From positions 128,001-192,000 of the forward strand of contig CAWGVS010000007.1 in assembly GCA_963826115.1 (NCBI GenBank): 64,000 bases of DNA. The letters are read 5' to 3'. Of the stretch, positions 8,157 to 17,675 are shown in pieces. The DNA comes from an uncultured Candidatus Rokubacteria bacterium. GTDB taxonomy: Bacteria; Methylomirabilota; Methylomirabilia; Rokubacteriales; DASRDR01. The position numbers were made by a program, and so were the translations under genes. Under the pieces are notes generated by a model, which saw only the letters and a program-made list of their open reading frames with translations, was not told where the DNA came from and made no database searches. Within the stretch, counting starts at the first letter, position 1; the number at the start of each line of letters is the position of its first letter.

Positions 8157-10199
8157 ATGCGACTCGGACTGGTCCGCTGGCTGGTGGCGATCCTGGCGGT
8201 GATCGGGGCCTCGAGCGCCCCCGCCCAGGAATCACCCTCGCGCGTCACCCACGGAAGCCTCCTCGTCCATACCCACGTTGCGGGACCGCCCGACGAGGTC
8301 CCCGCGGTCCGGACCGAGGTCCGGATGCGGGTCACCGGCCCCATCGCGCGCGTGGCGGTCACGCAGGAGTTCCGGAACCCCACCGCCAACTGGCTCGAGG
8401 GCGTCTACGTCTTCCCGCTCCCCGAGGGCGCGGCCGTCGACGTGATGCGCCTCCAGGTCGGGGAGCGGGTCCTCGAAGGGCAGATCCAGGAGCGGGAGGC
8501 GGCGCGCCAGGTCTACCAGGAGGCCAAGCAGAGCGGCAAGAAGGCCTCCCTCCTCGAGCAGGAGCGCCCGAACATCTTCACGGCGTCGGTTGCCAACATC
8601 GGACCCGGAGAGACGGTGCTGATCGACATCGAGTACCAGGAGGTCGTCCGCTACGACCAGGGCGAGTTCCGGCTCCGCTTCCCGATGGTGGTGGGCCCTC
8701 GCTACATCCCCGGCGTCGACGCGGTCGCCGGCGCGCCCGGCACCGGCTGGGGCGTGAACACCCGCGAGGTCCCCGACGCCGAGCGGATCACGCCGCCGGT
8801 GCGCCACCCGCGGGAGGGCGCGGCGAACCCGGTGCGCCTGACGATCGAGCTCGACGCGGGGTTCCCGCTCAAGCGGCTCGCCAGCCCGTACCACGCCATC
8901 GTGACGACTCCGGCGTCGAAGACCGCGCACTCGATCGCGCTCGCCGACGCCGCGGTGCCGGCGGACCGCGACTTCGAGCTCGTGTGGGCGCCCGACCCGG
9001 GCCGGCAACCGGCGGCGGCCGTGTTCACCGAGCAGCACGGCGGCGACACCTACGCGCTGGTGATGCTCCTGCCGCCCGCCCCGACGGATGCGGCGGGGAG
9101 CCGCCTCCCGCGCGAGGTGATCTTCGTCATCGACACCTCCGGGTCAATGGCCGGCGCCTCGATCCAGCAGGCGCGTCTCGCCCTCGAGGAGGCGCTCGCC
9201 GCACTGGCGCCGGGCGATCGGTTCAACGTGATCCAGTTCAACTCCCGGACGGAGCAGCTCTTCCCGGCGAGCGTCCCCGCGGGGCCGGCGGAGCTCGCGC
9301 GCGCGCGGCGCTGGGTCCAGGGCCTCCAGGCCAACGGCGGCACCGAGATGCTCCCCGCCCTCCAGGCCGCGCTGGCGGACTCGAGCGAGACGGGTGGCGT
9401 CCGCCAGGTCGTGTTCGTCACCGACGGGCTCGTCGGGAACGAGGAGCAGCTCTTCACCTTCCTCTCGAAGAGCCTCGGCCGGAGCCGCCTCTTCACCGTG
9501 GGGATCGGCGCCGCGCCGAACGGTCACTTCATGACGAAGGCCGCGCAGTTCGGCCGCGGGACCTACACGTACATCGGAAGCCCGGGCGAGGTAGGCGAGA
9601 AGATGGGCGCGCTCTTCCGGAAGCTCGAGCACCCGGTCCTGGGCGACGTCGCCGTCAGCTGGGGCGGCGAGCCCGTCGAGGCCTGGCCCGCGAGCGTGCC
9701 TGATCTCTACCTCGGCGAGCCCGTCGTTCTGCTGGGGCGCCTCGGCGCGACCGCGACCGCGGAGCTCACGGTGATCGGCCGCCGCGACACGGAGCCCTGG
9801 ACGGCCGCGCTCCGGATCGAGTCCGGTCCCGACGAGACGGGCGTCCACAAGCTCTGGGCCCGGAAGAAGATCTCCGGGCTCATGGACCGCATGCGTGAGG
9901 GCGACGACCGCGCCGAGACGCGCAGCGCGGTCGTCGCGGTCGCCCTCCAGCACCACCTCGTCTCGGCCTACACGAGCCTGGTCGCGGTCGATGTCACGCC
10001 GACCCGGCCCGAGGGCACGCCCGGCCGGACGGCGAACGTGCCGGTGGCGCTTCCCGCCGGGATGGTCCATGAGACGGTCTTCGGCGGTCTGCCGCAGGGC
10101 GCGACGCCCGCGCCGCTGTACGCCGCCCTCGGTCTCGCGTCGCTCGCGCTCGCCCTCGGCATGGCGCGGCGGGCCTTCGCGCCGGGAGGCGTCCGGTGA
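8157..10199 (+). CDS. VIT + vWA domain sortase target protein (marine proteobacterial sortase target-like)
   Basis: SD GGAGG at 8146, signal peptide, VIT domain (EGVYVFPLP, LLEQERPNIF), vWA MIDAS (DTSGSM, GGT, TDG), C-terminal LPQGA + hydrophobic helix + RR. Confidence 0.92.
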   Translation: MRLGLVRWLVAILAVIGASSAPAQESPSRVTHGSLLVHTHVAGPPDEVPAVRTEVRMRVTGPIARVAVTQEFRNPTANWLEGVYVFPLPEGAAVDVMRLQVGERVLEGQIQEREAARQVYQEAKQSGKKASLLEQERPNIFTASVANIGPGETVLIDIEYQEVVRYDQGEFRLRFPMVVGPRYIPGVDAVAGAPGTGWGVNTREVPDAERITPPVRHPREGAANPVRLTIELDAGFPLKRLASPYHAIVTTPASKTAHSIALADAAVPADRDFELVWAPDPGRQPAAAVFTEQHGGDTYALVMLLPPAPTDAAGSRLPREVIFVIDTSGSMAGASIQQARLALEEALAALAPGDRFNVIQFNSRTEQLFPASVPAGPAELARARRWVQGLQANGGTEMLPALQAALADSSETGGVRQVVFVTDGLVGNEEQLFTFLSKSLGRSRLFTVGIGAAPNGHFMTKAAQFGRGTYTYIGSPGEVGEKMGALFRKLEHPVLGDVAVSWGGEPVEAWPASVPDLYLGEPVVLLGRLGATATAELTVIGRRDTEPWTAALRIESGPDETGVHKLWARKKISGLMDRMREGDDRAETRSAVVAVALQHHLVSAYTSLVAVDVTPTRPEGTPGRTANVPVALPAGMVHETVFGGLPQGATPAPLYAALGLASLALALGMARRAFAPGGVR

Positions 10200-10876
10200 G
10201 CCGGCGCAGCGCCCGGCTCCTCTTCCTCGGCCTGATCCTCCTGGCGGCGGGTTTCGGCGCCGCCTCCAGCCGGATCTACGTGAAGGCCTGGCTCGCCCAG
10301 CGGCTCCTCCACCGGGCGTGGGCGGCGACCCAGGCCGGGGGCGGCCCGGTCAAGCCGTGGCCGTGGGCCGACACGTGGCCCGTCGCTCGGCTGTCCCTGC
10401 CGGATCGCGGGGTCGATCTCATCGTGCTGGCGGACGCAAGCGGCCGCTCGATGGCGTTCGGCCCGGGCGTCGTCGCGGGCACGGCCCCGCCGGGCGCGCC
10501 GGGCCACACCGTCCTGGGCGGTCACCGCGACACGCAGTTCCGCTTCCTGAAGGACCTGGCGCCCGGCGAGCGGGTGCGCCTTGAGGCCGCGGACGGCTCG
10601 CGGCGCGACTACGCGGTCACCGAGACGCTGATCGTCGACGCGCACGCCGTAGAGATCCTGTGGGACACGGGCGACGCGCAGCTCTCCCTCGTCACCTGCT
10701 TCCCGTTCGACGCGCTCGTGCCGGGCGGCCCGCTTCGCTACGTCGTGCGGGCGGTCGCGATTCCGCCCGGGGGCCCGGCGGGCGTGACGCGGGCCGGGGG
10801 CGAGGTGCCGCGCGACCCAGGAGGCCGATCAGCTTGGCCGCCAGCGCCGGGCCGGTCCCCGTCTCCTCGTGCTTGA
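10196..10876 (+). CDS. Class GN sortase
   Basis: KAWLAQRLL, PWPWADTWPVARL, GHRDTQF, LVTCFPF, LRYVV (H/C/R catalytic triad). Confidence 0.93.
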   Translation: MSRRSARLLFLGLILLAAGFGAASSRIYVKAWLAQRLLHRAWAATQAGGGPVKPWPWADTWPVARLSLPDRGVDLIVLADASGRSMAFGPGVVAGTAPPGAPGHTVLGGHRDTQFRFLKDLAPGERVRLEAADGSRRDYAVTETLIVDAHAVEILWDTGDAQLSLVTCFPFDALVPGGPLRYVVRAVAIPPGGPAGVTRAGGEVPRDPGGRSAWPPAPGRSPSPRA

Positions 10877-11504
10877 AGTAGACGAACGCGTCGCGCCACT
10901 CGGCCCGCGCCGCGATCGCGGCCCACCGGGCGAGCGCCTTCCGCCCGTAGGCGCGGTCCCGGAGGCGGAGGTAGCCGAAGTCCGCGGTGGGGACGACGGG
11001 CGTGGTGCCGTCCGCCGTGTCGGCGACGCAGAGGGCCGCGTTCCGGGCCCGCAGTGCCCGGTACACCTCGTCGTCGAGCCACGACGCGTGACGGAACTCG
11101 ACGGCCACGCGGACGGACGGCGGGAGGAGCGCCAGGCAGCCGTCGAGCCGCGTCACGTCCTTCCGGAAGTTCGGAGGCAGCTGGAGGAGGAGCGGACCGC
11201 GCTTGGGGCCGAGCCCGGCCAGGGTGTCGAGGAAGGCGGCGAGCGGCTCGGCGGGGTCCCGCAGGCGAGTGAAGTGGGTGATCCACCGCGGGACCTTCAG
11301 CGCGAAGACGAATCCCGGCGGTGTGCCCCGGGCCCAGCCGTCCACCGCCTGGACGGTCGGCGCCCGGTAGAACGTGGCGGTGAGCTCGACCGTGCGGAAG
11401 CGCTCGGCGTAGTACGGCAGCATCCGCGCCGGCGAGAAACGCGCGGGATAGAAGGCGCCCCGCCACGCGGGGTAGCTGTACCCGGACGTGCCGACGTGGA
11501 CCAC
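10692..11504 (-). CDS. DUF72 domain protein
   Basis: VGTSGYSY..W, TVEL..TFY, LKVPRWITH, LLQLPP, VEFRHASW, YLRLR, YFKHE. Confidence 0.92.
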   Translation of the reverse strand: MVHVGTSGYSYPAWRGAFYPARFSPARMLPYYAERFRTVELTATFYRAPTVQAVDGWARGTPPGFVFALKVPRWITHFTRLRDPAEPLAAFLDTLAGLGPKRGPLLLQLPPNFRKDVTRLDGCLALLPPSVRVAVEFRHASWLDDEVYRALRARNAALCVADTADGTTPVVPTADFGYLRLRDRAYGRKALARWAAIAARAEWRDAFVYFKHEETGTGPALAAKLIGLLGRAAPRPRPASRPPGPRAESRPPARRSEAGRPARARRTGSR

Positions 11505-11525
11505 CGGCGGCCGGGCGCCCGCGCC

Positions 11526-12188
11526 TCAGACGGTGGCCGCGCTGAGCGCCGCCTCGCGGAAGCGGCGCACCTCGGCTGCGGGGTCGCGCGTCGCGAAGAT
11601 CGCGGACCCCGCGACCAGCGTCGTCGCCCCCCGGAGCGCGAGCGGGCGGCAGTGCTCGAGCTTCACGCCCCCGTCCACCGACACCTCGAGGGGGCGCTCG
11701 CCGAGGCGGTTCTTCAGGTCCACCAGCTTCGCGTAGGTCGCGGGGATGAAGGTCTGGCCGCCGAACCCGGGATTCACCGACATGATCAGCACGAGATCCG
11801 CGGCGTCGAGCACGTAGTCGAGCATCGCGGTCGGCGTCCCCGGGTTCAGGGCCACGCCCACGCGCGCGCCCAGCTCCCGGATCCGGCCGAGCGTCCGGTG
11901 GAGGTGCGGGCACGCCTCCACGTGCACGGTCAGCGCGGTGCCGCCCGCCCGGACGTAGGTCTCGAGGTAGGGGTCGACGTTGTCCACCATCAGGTGGAGG
12001 TCGAGCGGCAGCTTCGTGTGCTTGCGGATCGCCTCGATGACCGGCGGCCCGATCGTGAGATTCGGCACGAAGTGCCCGTCCATCACGTCGACGTGGATCT
12101 GGTCGGCGCCCCCCGCCTCGACCCGCGCGATCTCGTCGGCGAGCGCGGCGTAGTCGGCCGAGAGGATCGACGGGGCGATCTTGATCAT
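11526..12188 (-). CDS. rpe: Ribulose-phosphate 3-epimerase
   Basis: IAPSILSAD, HVDVMDGHFVPN, MSVNPGFGGQ, VDGG. Start ATG 12188. Confidence 0.98.
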   Translation of the reverse strand: MIKIAPSILSADYAALADEIARVEAGGADQIHVDVMDGHFVPNLTIGPPVIEAIRKHTKLPLDLHLMVDNVDPYLETYVRAGGTALTVHVEACPHLHRTLGRIRELGARVGVALNPGTPTAMLDYVLDAADLVLIMSVNPGFGGQTFIPATYAKLVDLKNRLGERPLEVSVDGGVKLEHCRPLALRGATTLVAGSAIFATRDPAAEVRRFREAALSAATV

Positions 12189-13594
12189 GCGCGCCTCCTC
12201 AAGCGGTGCGCCGTGAAGCCGTCGGAGCCGTGGCGGTGCGGCATCATGCGGAGGACGTCCGGCGACGCCCGGCAGGCCGCGGGGACGGCGTCCGGGAGCG
12301 GGTCGGGCACGAAGTCCGGCCGGCGGGCCCGGAGTCCCGCCACGACGGCCTCGTTCTCCTCCGGCTCGAGCGAGCACGTCGCGTAGACGAGAACGCCGCC
12401 CGGGCGGACCAGCGTCGCCGCGGCGTCCAGGATGCTCGCCTGGGTCGCGGCGAGCGCGGCGAGGTCACCGGGCGCGCGCCGCCACTTGCCGTCGGGGTTG
12501 CGCCGGAGGACCCCGAGGTTCGAGCACGGCGCGTCGACCAGGACGCGGTCGCACGCCGGGCCGAGGTCCCGGGCGAGCACGGCCGCGTCGGCCTGACGGG
12601 ACTCGACGATCGTCGCCCCGAGCCGCAGGCACGCCTCCCGGAGCAGGCCGAGCCGCCCCGCGTGCGGGTCGGCGGCGACGATCCGCCCCTGGTTCGCCAT
12701 GAGGGCCGCCAGGTGCGTGGTCTTCGTCCCCGGCGCCGCGCACACGTCGGCGACGGTTTCTCCGGGCCGGGGCGCGAGGGCATGCCCCACGAGAATGGCC
12801 GCCTCGTCCTGGACCGTGGCGGCGCCGTCGCGGAGGGGCGCGAGCTGCCGGAGGTCGCCGGCCCGCTCGAGCGAGAGGCCCTCGGGCGCGAAGCGCGTCC
12901 GCGCCGCGCCGACCCCGGCGCGCTGGAGCGCCGCGATCACCGCGTCGACCGCCCCGCGGAGCGCGTTCGCCCGGACGACGACCGGCGGCGCCTGGTTCAT
13001 GGCGAGAGCGAGCGCCTCCGCGTCGGCGGGCCCGTAACGCGCCCACCAGCGGTCGACGAGCCAGGTCGGGCAGGACGTGCGGAGCGCGAGCGCCTCCACG
13101 GGATCCTCGGCGGTCGGAGCGGGCCAGGGCCGCGGCGTCGCCGCGATCGCCCGGAGCACGCCGTTCACGAAGGCGGTCGCCCCCGAGGACCGCCGACGCT
13201 TCGCGAGCTCCACGGCCTCGTGGACCGCGGCCCACGGCGGGATCCGGTCGAGGTACTCGAGCTGGTAAGCCGTGAGTCGGAGCAGCGCGCGAACCCACGG
13301 CGCGAGATCTTCGAGGGGCCGCCGCGACGCGCGCGCGAGCGTCCAGTCGAGGCGCCGCTGCCAGCGCAGAGTCCCGAGCACGAGCTCCGTGGCGAGGCCG
13401 CGGTCCCGCGGCGCGAGCCCGGCGCGGTCCGTGAGCGTCTCGAGGAGCCGGTCCGCGTACGCCTCCGTCGTTTCGGTCCGGACGAGAACCTCCAGCGCGA
13501 CCCCGCGGGCCGACGGGCGCCGCCGAGCCGCGAGCGCCGTCGCGCCGGCCGAGGCCGGCGGGACGGCCTCAGCGCCGCGAGATCGGCGCGCCAA
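12185..13594 (-). CDS. rsmB: 16S rRNA m5C967 methyltransferase
   Basis: NusB-like N-terminus, DVCAAPGTKT, DAPCS, YATCS. Lies in the def-fmt-rsmB context. Confidence 0.95.
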   Translation of the reverse strand: MARRSRGAEAVPPASAGATALAARRRPSARGVALEVLVRTETTEAYADRLLETLTDRAGLAPRDRGLATELVLGTLRWQRRLDWTLARASRRPLEDLAPWVRALLRLTAYQLEYLDRIPPWAAVHEAVELAKRRRSSGATAFVNGVLRAIAATPRPWPAPTAEDPVEALALRTSCPTWLVDRWWARYGPADAEALALAMNQAPPVVVRANALRGAVDAVIAALQRAGVGAARTRFAPEGLSLERAGDLRQLAPLRDGAATVQDEAAILVGHALAPRPGETVADVCAAPGTKTTHLAALMANQGRIVAADPHAGRLGLLREACLRLGATIVESRQADAAVLARDLGPACDRVLVDAPCSNLGVLRRNPDGKWRRAPGDLAALAATQASILDAAATLVRPGGVLVYATCSLEPEENEAVVAGLRARRPDFVPDPLPDAVPAACRASPDVLRMMPHRHGSDGFTAHRLRRRA

Positions 13595-14498
13595 GCGACG
13601 CCCCCGGACCTAGCCGCGCGCCCCGGAGGTACGCGTCCCAGTCCATCGCGCGGCGGTTCTCGGGCTGCACCTCCAGGGGCTCGAGGAGCCCCGCCCCGGT
13701 CCCGATCGCCAGCCGGTCCGCCCCTCGTGTCAGCACGCCCGGTTCGCCCTCCCCGGAGATCGCGCGCGCGCGCCAGATGAGAAGACGGCCGCCGGCCCCG
13801 AAGGTCGTGGCGCCCGGCCAGGGATTGAGCCCCCGGACCCACGCCGCCAGCGCGACCGCCGGCTCGGTCCAGTCGAGAAGGCCGTCCTCCTTGCGGAGCC
13901 GTGGCGCCAGCGTGGCCGCTGCGGGGTCCTGCGGGCGCGGCGTGAGCGTGTCCAGGCGGTCGAGGGTCTCGACGAGCACCTCGGCGCCGAGGACGGCCAG
14001 ACGCGCGGTGAGCGCGCCGGCGGTCTCGGCGGGGCCGATCGGCGTCGCCCGCTGGAGGAGGAGCGGGCCGGTATCCATGCCGGGATCCATCTGGAACGTG
14101 GTGATCCCGGTCTCGTGCTCGCCGCGAACGATCGCCCACGCGATCGGCGCGGCGCCACGGTAGCGCGGCAGCAGGGACGCGTGGACGTTGATCGAACCGC
14201 GCGCCGGCACGTCCAGGACCGCGCGCGGCAGGATCTGCCCGAAGGCAATCACGACGGCGACGTCGGCCGCGTGCTCGGCGAGGCGCTCGGGCCAGCCCGG
14301 GTCGCGAAGGCGCGCGGGCTGGAGCACCGGCACACCGTGCTCGGCGGCCGCGATCTTGACGAGCGAGGCCTGCGCTCGCTGCCCGCGATCGCGGGGCCGG
14401 TCGGGCTGGGTCACGACGGCGACGACGTGGTGGCGGGCCAGTAACGCCTGGAGAGTGGGCAGCGCGAACGCCGGGGTGCCGTAGAACAGCACGCGCAT
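13569..14498 (-). CDS. fmt: Methionyl-tRNA formyltransferase
   Basis: FYGTPAF, VTQPDRP, NVHASLLPRYRGAAPI, MDTGP. Start ATG 14498. Confidence 0.98.
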   Translation of the reverse strand: MRVLFYGTPAFALPTLQALLARHHVVAVVTQPDRPRDRGQRAQASLVKIAAAEHGVPVLQPARLRDPGWPERLAEHAADVAVVIAFGQILPRAVLDVPARGSINVHASLLPRYRGAAPIAWAIVRGEHETGITTFQMDPGMDTGPLLLQRATPIGPAETAGALTARLAVLGAEVLVETLDRLDTLTPRPQDPAAATLAPRLRKEDGLLDWTEPAVALAAWVRGLNPWPGATTFGAGGRLLIWRARAISGEGEPGVLTRGADRLAIGTGAGLLEPLEVQPENRRAMDWDAYLRGARLGPGASLGAPISRR

Positions 14499-14558
14499 CG
14501 GGGTCAGACGTCGACTGCTAAACGAGTCCCCCGCTGGCGCCGGCAAGCGGCCGCTGGG

Positions 14559-15083
14559 TCACAGTCGCATCCCTGCCGCGGCCGGCTCGGCCGGGAAGCC
14601 CTCGCGCTTGATCTGCCGCTTCAGCCGATCCCGCGTGACCTTGTCCAGGCGGTCGATGAAGAGGATGCCGTCCAGGTGGTCGATCTCGTGCTGGAGGACG
14701 CGGGCCAGGAGGCCCGTGGCCCGACGCCGGAACGACGTCCCGGACCGGTCGGCCGCCTCCACCACGACCCACTCCGCGCGCCGCACGTCCGCAAAGACGC
14801 CGGGCAGCGAGAGGCACCCCTCCTCGCCGACCTGTGCGCCCCCCTGCTCCACGATCACCGGATTGATGTACGCCCGCCCGCCGACACCGCGTCCCTCGTC
14901 GACGACGAGCATGCGGAGCTCGATGCCGACCTGGATCGCGGCCAGCCCGATGCCCACCTCGGTGTGCATCGTGTCGATCATGTCGTCGAGCAAGCGCTCG
15001 ACCTCGGGCGTGACCTCCCGCACCGGCGCCGCCCGGCGCCGCAGCACCGGGTCCCCGTAGAGCCGAACCTCCAGGACCGCCAT
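14559..15083 (-). CDS. def: Peptide deformylase
   Basis: GIGLAAIQVG, EGCLS, QHEIDH. Start ATG 15083 after GGAGG. Confidence 0.98.
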   Translation of the reverse strand: MAVLEVRLYGDPVLRRRAAPVREVTPEVERLLDDMIDTMHTEVGIGLAAIQVGIELRMLVVDEGRGVGGRAYINPVIVEQGGAQVGEEGCLSLPGVFADVRRAEWVVVEAADRSGTSFRRRATGLLARVLQHEIDHLDGILFIDRLDKVTRDRLKRQIKREGFPAEPAAAGMRL

Positions 15084-15129
15084 GTCGGTCCCCTCCCTTC
15101 CCTTCCGGACTCCCATTCTACCGCGCCCC

Positions 15130-16977
15130 TCACGGCAGTTCGACCGGATCGATGTCGACCGTCAGCCGGATGCCCCCGAGCCGCCGGCGCCCGCGGAGGA
15201 ACTCCAGGACGCTCGCCACGACCCCGGGGAGCTCCGCCCCGCCGAGCAGGACGAGCTGCATCCGGGCCCCGGCGAGGGCGGCCGGGCCGAGCACCGTCGC
15301 GCCGGCCGCGGTCCCGCGCGCGCCGAGGTCGGTCGCCAGGCGCGCCGCCTCCCGGCCCTCGACGACGAGCCGCGCCATCCGCCGCGCCGGCGGGTACCCG
15401 AGCTCCTGGCGCTCGGTCCACTCGGGCTCGTAGAAGCGGGCCGGGTCCCCGTGGGCCACCGCAACGAGGGCCGGATGCTCCGGCAGGAAGGACTGGAGCC
15501 ACGCGCTACCCCCGGCCTCTACGGTTTCGGCAACCCGCCACGCGAGCTGGAAGGTCCGCTCGGCCGCGCGGAAGTCGGGGAGGTTGAGCGTGGCGTCGGC
15601 GAGGACGAGGGCCGCGACGCCGACCGGCGCCTCCTCAGCCAAGCGGAGCGCCATCGTCGTGCCCACCAGAACGCAAGGCTCGCCCGACCGATACTCGGCC
15701 CGCGCCGCCTCCGCAGCGTCGGGCGCGACGGTGGAGTCGTAGCGCACGACACGCGCGCCGGGGAAGGCGTGTCGCGCCTCCGCCTCGAGCCGCTCGGTGC
15801 CCCACCCGAGGAGCTGGAGCCGCCGGCCGCGACAGCGCCCGCAGAGGCTCGCCGCCGGCGTCTGGAAGCCGCACAGCCGGCAGGCGAGCTGGCGCGTCTC
15901 GCGGTGGTAGAGGAGCGCGACGCGGCAGCGCGAGCAGCGGCGCACCGCGCCGCAGTCCGCGCAGGCGAGCGTACGCGCGTAGCCGAGCCGGTTCAAAACC
16001 AGAAGGACCGAGCGGCCGCGGGCGAGCGCCGCGCGCGCCGCGTCCTCGAGCCCCGGCGAGAGGCTCGCCTCCGTCACGGCGGCGGCGTCGAGCGCGACGC
16101 GCTCGACCATCGGCCACGCGTCGGGCCCGCCCGCGTCCCAGGCGAGGGCACCCTGGCGCGCGGCCACCCAGCTCTCGAGGCTGGGCGCGGGGCTCGCGAG
16201 GCAGGCGGCGCCGCCCTCGCGCCGCACGCGCTCGAGGGCGAGGTCGCGCGCGTGCCAGCGGGGCGCGTCGGGTGACTTGTGCGCGGGATCCTCCTCGTCG
16301 ACGACGACCGTGAGCCCGAGCGGTCCAACCGGGAGCCAGGCGGCCGCCCGCGTGCCGACCGCAAGGCGCGCCTCGCCCCGACGGCACGCCCACCACGCGG
16401 CCCAGCGCGCGCGGGGGGTCGCCGCACTCGTGACGAGGGTGGCCGGCTCGCCGAGCCTCGACGCCAGGCGCGCGGCCCAGGCGCGCGCCTGGTCGATCTC
16501 CGGCGCCAGGACCAGGACGCTCTCCCCCGCGGCGCGCGTCGCCGCGATCACCTGCTCGACGCGCGCGGCGCGGTCCCGGCCGGTGACGAGGCGGGCCGGT
16601 CCCGCTGCACCGGGCGCCGACGGAGGCGGCAGCGCGGGCGGCGCCCCGGAGCGCGCCCCGGGCGGCAGCGCCCGGAAGACCGCTTCCCCCCACGCGCTCA
16701 CCGTCTCCGTCGCGGCCCAGCGCGCGAGCTCGAGGAGCGACGGGGTGAGGGCCGGCACCGGGTCCAGCAGAGCGGCGAGCGGCTCGAGCCGCTCGCCGGC
16801 GCCGGTCTCCGCGTCGAGCGCGACCACGACGGCCGCCCGGAGGCGACCGCGGAACGGAACGCGCACGCGCTGCCCGGGCGCGACGCTCGGCTCGAGCTCC
16901 GGCGGGACGCGGTAGGTGAAGGTCCGGGGAACCGGGAGGTCGGTGACGACGTGCGCGAGCAGGAGGTCCGGCCTCAG
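15130..16977 (-). CDS. priA: Primosomal protein N' (degenerate helicase motifs, probable CTG start)
   Basis: TFTYRVP..GQRVRVPFRG 3'-binding domain, DEED, APSLES, NRLGY, CxxC zinc region, GTERLE, PDFRAAERTFQL, YPP, VDIDP. The conserved N-terminus extends upstream of the track's GTG at 16866. Confidence 0.9.
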   Translation of the reverse strand: MRPDLLLAHVVTDLPVPRTFTYRVPPELEPSVAPGQRVRVPFRGRLRAAVVVALDAETGAGERLEPLAALLDPVPALTPSLLELARWAATETVSAWGEAVFRALPPGARSGAPPALPPPSAPGAAGPARLVTGRDRAARVEQVIAATRAAGESVLVLAPEIDQARAWAARLASRLGEPATLVTSAATPRARWAAWWACRRGEARLAVGTRAAAWLPVGPLGLTVVVDEEDPAHKSPDAPRWHARDLALERVRREGGAACLASPAPSLESWVAARQGALAWDAGGPDAWPMVERVALDAAAVTEASLSPGLEDAARAALARGRSVLLVLNRLGYARTLACADCGAVRRCSRCRVALLYHRETRQLACRLCGFQTPAASLCGRCRGRRLQLLGWGTERLEAEARHAFPGARVVRYDSTVAPDAAEAARAEYRSGEPCVLVGTTMALRLAEEAPVGVAALVLADATLNLPDFRAAERTFQLAWRVAETVEAGGSAWLQSFLPEHPALVAVAHGDPARFYEPEWTERQELGYPPARRMARLVVEGREAARLATDLGARGTAAGATVLGPAALAGARMQLVLLGGAELPGVVASVLEFLRGRRRLGGIRLTVDIDPVELP

Positions 16978-17675
16978 GCGCCGGCGGGCGCCCGACCCCG
17001 GACCCGGTCGTACTCGCGCCGGATGAGCTTCAGATCCTGGTACGCCTGGCGCCGGTATTCCGGGCCGGGATTGCGAAGGAGGTACGCCGGATGGAAGGTC
17101 GGGATCACGACCGCCCCGCCCAGCTGGTGGAGCTGCCCCCGCAGGCGGCTGATCGGCTCACGCGTCCGCAGGATGTGCTGGGACGAGAACGTGCCGAGCG
17201 TGCAGATCACGCCGGGCTGGATGGCCGCCAGCTGGCCGGACAGATACGGCGCGCACGCCGCGATCTCCTCGGGTTCGGGATTCCGGTTCCCGGGCGGCCG
17301 GCACTTCACGATGTTGCAGATGTAGACCTCGTCCCGCGTGATGCCGACCGACTCGAGCATCTTCGTGAGGAGCTGCCCGGCGCGCCCCACGAAGGGCTTT
17401 CCCTGGCGGTCCTCCTCCTCGCCCGGCCCCTCACCGATGATCAGGAGCCGCGTCGCCGGGTCGCCGGAGCCGAAGACGATCGTCGTCCGCCCCCGGGAGA
17501 GCTTGCACCGCGTGCAGCCCGCGCTGGCCTGCTCCACGCGGCGGAGGGCGGAGGACGCGTCCGCCGGCGGCTCGCCGGCGAGCGCCAGGTCACGGACGCC
17601 GAGCGCCTGGTGGACGCGCAGGTGGTCGGCGAGGGCGCGGGCGGCGTCGGCGAGGCCGGCGGGGTCCGGCGTCAC
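16974..17675 (-). CDS. Uracil-DNA glycosylase family 4
   Basis: CTRC, GEGPG, PFVGRAG, KCRPPGNR, HPAYLLR. Confidence 0.96.
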   Translation of the reverse strand: MTPDPAGLADAARALADHLRVHQALGVRDLALAGEPPADASSALRRVEQASAGCTRCKLSRGRTTIVFGSGDPATRLLIIGEGPGEEEDRQGKPFVGRAGQLLTKMLESVGITRDEVYICNIVKCRPPGNRNPEPEEIAACAPYLSGQLAAIQPGVICTLGTFSSQHILRTREPISRLRGQLHQLGGAVVIPTFHPAYLLRNPGPEYRRQAYQDLKLIRREYDRVRGRAPAGA

